Below, one piece after another: positions 33,811 through 42,923 of a DNA stretch of 64,000 nt (the first letter of the stretch is position 1; every line of letters starts with the position of its first letter). The DNA is taken from the NCBI GenBank assembly GCA_010909165.1, contig MU008154.1, forward strand, positions 1 through 64,000, written 5' to 3'. The notes under the pieces are model-generated. The model was not told the DNA's origin, did no database searches, and saw nothing but the letters and a program-made list of their open reading frames with translations. The stretch comes from Anthoceros angustus. Its lineage: Eukaryota; Plantae; Anthocerotophyta. The position numbers and the translations under genes are program-made.

Positions 33811-36800
33811 AGTGAGGAGTTCTAGCAGGAAAAGACACACAGAGGCACAAGCAAGAAGGGCAAAGGAAAAGCGGAAGGTCGGGAAGATTCCCAAGGTTGC
33901 AGATATGTGAAGTCAAGGACATGCTAGCAAAGCCATGGAAGGCTTTCCAGGTATACCGGCAGTGTGGACAATGATATTACTTACAAAGAAAAGTATTAGC
34001 TGTCCGATAGACCGAAAGGCATGGAGGACGACATCACTTGGAAGAAGTCGCATATCATCCAAGTTGCTATGGCGAAGCATCTTGATCGCACATCGCTTGA
34101 GGAAGTCCGGAGAGAATACCCACAAAGATTCAACGGACGCTATGATCGCGCGGTTTCAAACACGCTTGAAAGGTAAATCTTCCCTTGACCGAATTTTTCC
34201 TTTACCATCTGATGGGCGCCGGCGCCCTCCACATGTGGCGCCGGCCGCCGGCCGCCGCCGCTTGATGGATGCGGGCGCCGGCCGCCGGCGCCCACACGCT
34301 GATGGATGTGGCGCCGGCCGGCGCCCTCCACATGTGGCGCCGGCGCCGCCCTCCACATGTGGCGCCGGCCGGCCGCCCTCCACCTTGTGTGAGCATGAAG
34401 GGTTTTGTCAAGCCGGCGCCCACAGATGTCTCGATGTGGCCGCCCACATGTGGCGAGCAAGCCCTTATGTGTCCTTACGTTTTGGGTTTTATTGCAAAGA
34501 ATTAAAGACATCGACAACTGTCCGCTTCTAAGATTTCCAGCACTTCATTTTGAGGTAAACAAGCGGAAAGGGCTGGAAATTGAGCAGAGGGCCTTAGCGG
34601 ACAAAGATATGGAAGACGGCTATTTGTTTTCAACGTCCCAGAATCAAGTTCAAGTTCGATGTCAGTTGAGACCAGTGCTGGACATGCGTGGCTATTTACG
34701 CACGCCAAGACTTTCGTGATGGATGTCGAGGGCTTCAATATAGGCCCAATGGATACAAGAATTAACGGAGTATGATGTCATCGATGTTCGAGAGTTTTAG
34801 GAGAAGACAACGCAGAGGAATTCCGCTTTATTGTGATGCATGGAGTGGAGGACTCCCACACTGTGAGAGAATGTATGAGGAAGTGGTGCCGAAAAGGTGG
34901 GATGGTGTCCTTCGTTTGGGACAAGACGAACATGCACGCCGAGGGGTGGGTCAGAAACATTGGAGTACGCCATCGTGGTGTGAAGGAAGAATGTTCAAGA
35001 GACAAGGCCAACATGCTCCCTGAAATCAGGAGATTCAATAATGGGAGATCCGTCATTACTCACGACACTGCCAGAAGAAGCATGTATACTTATCTCACGA
35101 CAAACGTGTGGTGTGCCCCTACCAACGGCCACTGGGCCTTATGCGGACGTTTGTGGAGGCATTTTCCAAAGAAGGAGAGTGGGTGGTTGATGCATGTTCC
35201 GGAGTGGCACAACTATCCTGGCTGCATTATTGAGTGGTCGAAACTGCGTTGCCATCGAAGCGGACATGAGATGCGCGGGTTATATTCCCCAGCGCATTCA
35301 TGGGTTTGAAGTGTTACCAAATGCAGAGGAAGAGCTTACATTTGATCCGCATGGACGAGGACCCTCTCAGTTCTGGGCCAAGGAAGTGTGCATTAGTGAC
35401 ACTGACTGCATGAAAGCCCAGATTGTGTCTTTACGGTCGAGAAGGAAGAGAATGAGCGACAACACTTTGGAAGAGGGGCGACGACTTTGGATGCGGCGTG
35501 GGGACATCGAGGCGACACTGTAAACGACGCCACGGAGATTCTCTTGCTGGAGGAAATAGATCGTTGACGAGGATACTAGGAATACTACTAGAATACTGAG
35601 GTGTTAGATCTTGTCAGACAGACGGCTTCGCCGGGCGAGAGTAGTTTGTTGTTTTCAAGTGAGCACAAGTAACGAACTGCTACTATGCTGCATGCTTTTA
35701 CTCCGGTTGGACAACGGTTTTGTGCCATAGTGCGTTTCAATTCCATAGTTACAAAATCGAGAATAAGCCGCCGGCAAGACCCTAAAATCCTTCCGCTACT
35801 GCCACAATACCTATACACGCGACAAAGATGACGCTCTATGGTCATGTTCGTTATGTCCCTCCTCAAATAAGGGATATTCGCCTGCGCACCTGGACAAGAG
35901 GGTTCACCTCTTCTAAGGGGTTTGTATATTAACCCCTTGCAACTATCGTGTTTTGATCATTGCCTCACCACCCGTGGAGTGACAACCGCCACACTATTAG
36001 CGGTGGGTGCGTGAGCAGGTGGCAATCGCCACACCGCCGCATGTTTAGCTCCCTCTGCCATCTCCAACGACGCTTCCAAGGTGCACGACGGCGTGATCGC
36101 CTGCTTGTTGCGCTGCTGGAGCCATCTCTTGAGTTGTTTGCCAAGCAAACCACTGTGATCTGTGACAAGTGTGCCGTGAGCTAACCGCAGCCTTCCGGGA
36201 TCGTAGCTGAGAGAGCGGTTTACGCCCCCATCATCTCCCTTGGCGAAGAGGGTATGGAGGGTTTGAATTTTAAATGTCAAGTGAGTTCCCCACCGTAAAC
36301 TTCATATTTCAAAACTAGACTCCCTCTTCCATTAAGAGAGAGAACGTCTACACGCATATTCAAATTTTGATACGATATTCTCTCCCCCCGTTTTTTTGAT
36401 GTGGACTCACTGTACCATATCTAGTGGTCCGTATGCTACCTTCAAAGGGGAATACCCGTGAATATAGTTCAAGGCCTAATCCTGCTTATTTTGCGCTGGA
36501 ATTCTTTGTGTACCACGGACATTTGGGTGACTCTTAGCCTGAAAAGTTTCAAACCATTCGGATCAAAATTATAATATTGAAAACTTTTCCTTCAATAACA
36601 TGTCCACATGTGGACAAAAAACCGTGTTGCATCCGTTGCACACTTTTATGGAACACCAAAGCATGCATCCACCCTGTTGTGTGTGTGCAGTCGAAACAGA
36701 TCATGGTCTGAGGAACCATAAGCTAGGATTTTACGATGATCAAAAGCATCAATAATCCTACATTCTGTTGGAGTGAACAGGATATGACTGTTGTTATCCA

Positions 36801-36846
36801 TGTTGAGTTTCCTAACAAAGATGAGATTCCTGGTCATTTCAGGGAC

Positions 36847-39800
36847 ATGATACACATTTGTGAGTAAGAGTGTAATGCCTGAAGGGACTGGAATTTTCAC
36901 TGTGCCTATTCCTGGAGACACGAGTGATCTATCGTCACCAAGGTAGACAAACTGATCTTTAGCTAGTCTATATGTGACGAATGCGTTTCTATCGAAACAA
37001 ATGTGCGCTGTTGCACCAGTATCAAGGTACCACTCTTATATTGGTTTCCCTTGAGTATTCATTGTTAGACATGTGGGGTTAGCAACAAGATAAGCAAACT
37101 TCCTGATCCCTACCGTCAGGGCTGAAGGAGAGCCTTGCTTAGTCACTACGACGTGTGTCTGAGAAGTGGAGTTGCCCTCCTTGCGAGGTACTCCGAACTA
37201 TTTCTTTCGACACTCGTTCTCCCAATGGCCTGGAGTTTGGCACCAGTGGCACTTTCCAGCCTTCTTAGGTTTCTTCTGTGAAGGAGCTCGCTGTGAGCTG
37301 CCAGCACTTGAGGTATTCTGTTTACCTCTGAAGTTAGGCTTGCCGCCTTTGTTCTTTGTGGTGTAGAGAGCATGCTGCTTGCTAGCACGCTTGTTTGTTC
37401 CTCTTGTTGCTTCTTCCTGGAGAAGAGCTCCCACTAACTCTGAAAATGTTGTTGGGGGTAATGTAACACCTGCAGCCTTAGCTATCTTCAGACCTTGAAG
37501 GTGCGAAGCGTTGTAGGAGGTCACGAAATGTGACCACGACTCGGGCAATGACATCATGAAGTACATTGTGAGCAAGTCATCCTTGAGTGATTCCTGAGAG
37601 GCACTCTCAAGCTTAGAAACCAGTGTTCTAAAGAATCCAAGGTGCTTCTCAACTGTATCTCCATCTCTCATTTTGCAGTTTTGAAGATTGCGAATTGTTG
37701 TCATCTGACTTGTTGCATTTGTGCCTGCGTATAGGTCTTGAAGTCTTGACCATATGTCGGCTGCAGTCTTGCACCCAGATGTCTGTCTCAACATGTCAGA
37801 AGTTAGGCCGCTCCGAATGAGGTACTGAGCAAATTCATCCTTGATAGTCCAAGCATCCTGCAATTTATTTTCAGCAATTGAAGGAGTGGAATCAGGTGGT
37901 ACAGTAGGAGGAAACTTCTCCTCCCCCTTCACCAGTCTCTCCAATAGATCCTCGTTAAGGGATTTAGATTGTACTCATTCCAATTACCAGACTCGTAAAA
38001 GCCCAGTACAGTTGCTTGTGTTGCAATGCTCCACGCATCCGCATGACCCATATGTCGTAGTCTGTTCCCCCAAACCTGTCTTTTTCCTTGAATCCATCTC
38101 CCCGAGCGTTAGAATTGGGGTCAGCCATGTATGGGACTACTGTTAGTCCTCCTAATTATTAGGATTTTATGGCTGATTGACTAATGCTCCTGTCTGACCT
38201 AACCTGTGTAGGTCAACAGGGCTGATGGTTCAGGAACAAAAAGGGTATCTAAGATGCTACTGGTGCATCAAAGATGAGCTGCAGATGAGCTTGGCCAAAG
38301 GGTGAGCAAAGTTAGCATGCCTCGCCTTGTGAGGTTGACGACTTGCATTTCTCGCTTACGCTATCCTCTGTTTCCTTATCTCCCAACGGTTGAATGCGTA
38401 AGTAGAGCAAGATGGACACGAATTTGGAGCATCAAATTTATGTTGCTTGTATGGCTTATTTGCGTGCTTACATGCTACACTTCTGATGGCAGGGTTAGCG
38501 AGTACTGCAGGCTTTAGCAGTGCAAGCAGTTTGAAGTCCAGGTGTTCTATCTTCTCTGTCAGATCTCGTAAGTCAACACTAGCAGCAGCAAGTCTGTGAC
38601 TGATTGTCTGAAATCGTCTATCAACATGTTGCTGGTGTGCTTCGATTCTGGCATTTAATATGATACACATTGTGAGTAAGAGTGTAATGCTCAAGGATGG
38701 AATTTTCACTGCGCCCCTCGGAGACACGAGTGATCTATCGTCACCAAGGTAGACAAACCGATCTTTAGCTAGTCTATATGAGATTTAATGCTTATCAAAA
38801 CAAATGTGCTACTGTTGCAAAGATCAAGGTACCACTTATATTGGTTTGAGTATTCATTGTTAGACATGTGGGTTAGCAACAAGATAAGCAAACTTCCGAT
38901 CCCCACCGCCGTATCAAGGAGAGCCTTGTTAGTCACCACGACGTGGTTCCGAGAAGTGGAGTTGCCCTCCTTGCGAGGCACCAACTATTTCTTTCGACAC
39001 TGCGTTCTCCCAATGGCCTCGAGTTTGGCACCGAAGTGGCACTTTCCTGCCTCCTTCTTAGGTTTCTTGAAGGAGCTCTGGGCCGTGAGCTGCCAAAGAC
39101 TTGAGGTATTCTGTTTACCTCTGAAGTTAGGCTTGCCGCCTTTGTTCTTTGTGGTGTAGAGAGCATGCCGCCACTTGCACGCTTGTTTGTTCCTCTTGTT
39201 GCTTCTTCCTCGGAGAAGAGCTCCCACTAACTCAAAATGTTGTTGGGGTAATGTAACACGGCACTTAGCTATCTTGACCTTGAAGGTGCGGCGTTGAGAG
39301 GTCACGAATGTGACCACGACTCGGGCAATGACATCATGAAGTACATTGTGAGCAAGTCATCCTTGAGTGATTCCTGAGAGGCACTCTCAAGCTTAGAAAC
39401 CAGTGTTCTAAAGAATCCAAGGTGCTTCTCAACTGTATCTCCATCTCTCATTTTGCAGTTTTGAAGATTGCGAATTGTTGTCATCTGACTTGTTGCATTT
39501 GTGCCTGCGTATAGGTCTTGAAGTCTTGACCATATGTCGGCTGCAGCCGGTCTTGCACCCAGATGTCTGTCTCAACATGTCAGAAGTTAGGCCGCTCCGA
39601 ATGAGGTACTGAGCAAATTCATCCTTGATAGTCCAAGCATCCTCGCAATTTATTTTCAGCAATTGAAGGAGTGGAATCGTAGCCAAAGAGGGAGGAAACT
39701 TCTCCCCTTCACCGCCTCCAATAGATCCTCGATTTAGATTGTACTCATTCCAATTACCGACTCGTAAAAGCCCGATCTGATTGCTTGTGTTGCAATGCTC

Positions 39801-40415
39801 CACGCATCCGCATGACCCATATGTCGTAGTCTGTTAAACTGTCTTTTCCTTGAATCCATCTCCCGTTAGAATTGGGGTCAAATGTATGGGACTACATTAG
39901 TCCTCCTAATTATTAGGATTTTATGGCTGATTGACTAATGCTCTGTACCCTAACTCGTAGGTCAACAGGCTGATGGTTCAGGAACAAAAAGGGTATCTAA
40001 GATGCTACCGGTGCATCAAAGATGAGCCAGAGATGAGCTGGCCAGCAGAGCAAAGTTAGCATACTCGCACCCGGATCAGGGTTGACGACTTGCATTTCTA
40101 CTGTTTCTGCTATCCTCTGTTTCCTTATCTCCCAACGGTTGAATGCGTAAGTAGAGCAAGATGGACACGAATTTGGAGCATCAAATTTATGTTGCTTGTA
40201 TGGCTTATTTGCGTGCTTACATGCTACACTTACGATGGCGGGGTTAGCGAGTACCGCAGGCTTTAGAGCGTGCAAAATTTGAGTCCGTGTGTTCTATCTT
40301 CTCAGCCGATCTCGTAAGTCAACACTAGCGGTTAAAGTCTGCGGATCGATTATGCGAAATCGTCTATCAACATGTTGCTGGTGTGTCACCAGCATTTAAT
40401 CGTGATACACTTGTG
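36847..40415. repeat. About 1.8-kb tandem duplication of the Copia gag-protease region; second copy is indel-rich (possible artefact)
   Basis: Copy 1 36847-38659, copy 2 38660-40415. Junction motif TGATACAC(A)TT(T)GTG at 36848, 38661 and 40403. Confidence 0.9.
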
Positions 40416-41107
40416 TGTGGTGCGACATGTGTGGTCGAAACCTGGGTGACCATTGCCATCAAATGTCGCCGAACACGTACTTCTGGAAGATTGTTAGGGT
40501 TTCTAGGTGGAGGGGCAAACGCAAGATGGCGTTGTTCAGGGAAGAGGGTCTCAATTATGGTATTGAATCCTCAATTCCAGTGCAAGCGCAGGCTGATTTT
40601 GTGTGCGAGCTGTCCATTCCGTTGCTTGTTCATGGAGCAGTTCAGCAATTGTCTGCCTCACAGCTTGTACTCCTTGCCCTCTGCGGCGATTCTGATGTTG
40701 AATTTGCTTAGCAGGGCGTGGCTGCCATTGTTGCCCGTCCAATAGATTGGCCATTCATTTGGCTAGGATTTTTGTGTTTTTAGAAATGCTCTAGAAGCAT
40801 TTTTGTATTTCTATATGATCTTATATAAAGATTTTTGCCACTTATGGCAATCGTTCTAGTGTACCTGGTGTCAGATTGCTTTGCAGCAATCTGGCAACAG
40901 ATGCACTAGAACAGACTCCTAGAAATGCAAAATTTTCTAAATATAAATCAAGAAAAGAAACTACAAATTGCTTTCTTGATCATTTTCTTGTTTTCTTTTT
41001 AGAAAACTATTCTCTGAACAAGAAACAAACACAAACACATATTTGTGCACATCTAAGCGTGCATAATTTAATATGCATTCTCATGAATGCAATCTACACC
41101 TACAGTA

Positions 41108-41333
41108 GCTCTGATACCATAACAAAATATGTAATAGGTGCAGATCAATTACGTATTGAGTAATTACATTGTATTGTTGTTAAGAAAGAATCCATCATAA
41201 TAATCAGGCAAGCTAGACTTAACTTAATTAACGAAAAGACATACGTAACCCTAGTGAAAGGGTAAGCAACTAAAAGTAAATCTAAATACACACTACATAT
41301 AAATAGATATTACTAAACCCTAATGAATCAACA
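41108..41333 (-). mobile_element. Copia tRNA-iMet PBS (41108-41119) and probable 5' LTR of about 214 bp (41120-41333)
   Basis: GCTCTGATACCA at 41108-41119. On the minus strand the LTR candidate starts TGTTGA at 41333 and ends TA (likely a mutated CA). No matching 3' LTR in the window. Confidence 0.7.
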
Positions 41334-41546
41334 CTATTTCATTACAAGTAGATGAGTACTTTGACCCTGAAGAACGGCGAGTGGCAACTCTGTTGGCCAC
41401 AGGACGAACGGAGCATGAGAGACCTTCTGAGCCCCAACTTCAAGATGATATGTTTCGGCGGTTTTATCGAAGGTCTTATGGGATCTGAATGCCCAAAGTG
41501 TTGCTCTAGCAGGCAGTGGCAGCCGCTACTTTGACAGGGGGGCCAT

Positions 41547-42923
41547 TTGCGGTTTTGATTTGGACATTGTGTTTAACGGCTCAACTTGGGCATGGGCTCT
41601 CTTGGAAAATCTTTAACTGGACGATGTAAGAATTCCCATGTGTCATGAATGCTATACAGCCATGGCGCGACAGCTGTCATGACACCCTGGTGTTGTGTTA
41701 ATTGAGCGGTTATGTGTGTGGTTGGGTATGAGTCGCATGTATGCGCATGTGGGCATACATGCATGTGAGCATACATGCATGTGAGGAAGACCTATGATGG
41801 GTATACATGCGGTGATGTGCATGTGTTCGTGTGAGTCATAAGGGTGATCATGGGTCACATATGGGCAGCAAGCATTAAGGCCAGGACAAGCCGCAATTAC
41901 GGCGGAGTTATTGTGTGCTGAATCCGCGGGCGGCGTCACACGGTTTCCTAGGAGAGTGTCAAGGCACGCCACATGAGCGCCTGTGATTCGGCAAGAGAGT
42001 GCGCCAAGCGATTAGGTAGTATAAAGTGGCAAGCAATCCGCATCGGTAGGCGGATTGCTGATATTTGTTCTTAGGAGCAGCCATACGGATCCCAAGGTAG
42101 CGGGGTTTTCTTTTCACGGTAGGAGCTCTTGGGAAAGATGGACAGACGGGGTTTGTGCCTTGCATCCAAGCTGGAATGATTTTTGCCGTTTGCGGTTTTG
42201 ATTTGGACTTTGTGTTTAACGGCTCAACTTGGGCATGGGCTCTCTTGGAAAATCTTTAACTGGACAATGTAAGAATTCCCATGTGTCATGAATGCTATAC
42301 AGCCATGGCGCGACAGCTGTCATGACACCCTGGTGTTGTGTTAATTGAGCGGTTATGTGTGTGGTTGGGTATGTATGAGTCTGGCATGTATGCCCGCATG
42401 TGGGCATACATGCATGTGTGAGGAAGACCTATGATGGGTATACATGCGGTGATGTGCATGTGTTCGTGTGAGTCATAAGGGTGATCATGGGTCACATATG
42501 GGCAGCAAGCATTAAGGCCAGGACAAGCCGCAATTACGGCGGAGTTATTGGAATCGCGCGGCGTCACACGGTTTCCTAGGAGAGTGTCAAGGCACGCCAC
42601 ATGAGCGCCTGTGATTCGGCAAGAGAGTGCGCCAAGCGATTAGGTAGTATAGTGGCAAGCAATCCGCCGGTGCGCGATATTTGTTCTTAGGACCTATACG
42701 GATCCCAAGGTAGCGGGGTTTTCTTTTCACGGTAGGAGCTCTTGGGAAAGATGGACTGACGGGGTTTGTGCCTTGCATCCAAGCCGGAATGATTTTTGCC
42801 GTTGTTTTGATTTGGACTTTGTGTTTAACGGCTCAACTTGGGCATGGGCTCTCTTGGAAAATCTTTAACTGGACAATGTAAGAATTCCCATGTGTCATGA
42901 ACGCTATGCAGCCATGGCGCGAC
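41547..42923. repeat. About 610-640-bp tandem repeat, about 2.2 copies, origin unknown
   Basis: The unit start GTTTTGATTTGGAC.TTGTGTTTAACGGCTCAAC recurs at about 41550, 42195 and 42804. Copies differ mostly by small indels. Confidence 0.9.

Larger units (their letters stand above)
31368..35523 (+). pseudogene. ParB/Srx-like domain plus beta-class N4-cytosine/N6-adenine DNA methyltransferase (N6_N4_Mtase-like); frameshifted and probably spliced
   Basis: ParB-like GNHTFAAMKHL at 33303. MTase motifs occur in beta order: degenerate motif IV FVMDVEGFNIG (34713), FRFIVMHG, FVWDKTN (34911), ETLEYAIVV, CPYQRPLGLMRTFVEAFSKEGEWVVDACSG (35114-35203), then -1 frame SGTTILAALLSGRNCVAIEAD. Probable intron from 34173 to about 34500-34540. 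TATAAAA at 31109. Whether 31368-32400 belongs to the same gene is uncertain. Confidence 0.8.
16364..36646. mobile_element. About 20.3-kb composite DNA-transposon insertion (two Sola-type transposases plus cargo) inside the Copia pol
   Basis: The Copia pol stops at about 36650 and resumes at about 16360. Both junctions carry TATGG (16359-16363 and 36647-36651), extendable to TATGGTATACCA / TATGGAACACCA. The interior encodes DDD transposases and no retro domains. No convincing TIR seen. Confidence 0.7.
36647..41333 (-). mobile_element. Ty1/Copia element, 5' part: LTR, PBS, extra upstream ORF, gag with CCHC knuckle, aspartic protease
   Basis: gag ATG at 38128 (FGGTDYDIWVMRMRGALQ); UBN2-like body at 37198-37944 with CHWCQTPGHWENEC; protease WYLDTGATAHICF (about 37020); LTNVYHVPEMTRNLI...GSSDHDLFRL at 36646-36921. 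Confidence 0.9.

Noticed and set aside
31368-35523. Bacterial or phage contamination as the source of the methyltransferase
   Set aside because: It has a probable spliceosomal intron, sits beside intron-containing eukaryotic Sola transposases and lies inside a plant Copia element. Read-level confirmation is still needed.
36601-36651. Helitron interpretation of the 20-kb insertion based on the subterminal palindrome
   Set aside because: No 5' TC or 3' CTRR ends at an A|T site, no Rep/helicase motifs seen, and a flanking direct repeat is present.
16368-36651. Putative TIR CCACAATGTGTG versus CCATAAAAGTGTG at the insertion ends
   Set aside because: Too short and gapped, and it overlaps the flanking direct repeat. 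It cannot be told from chance without other copies.
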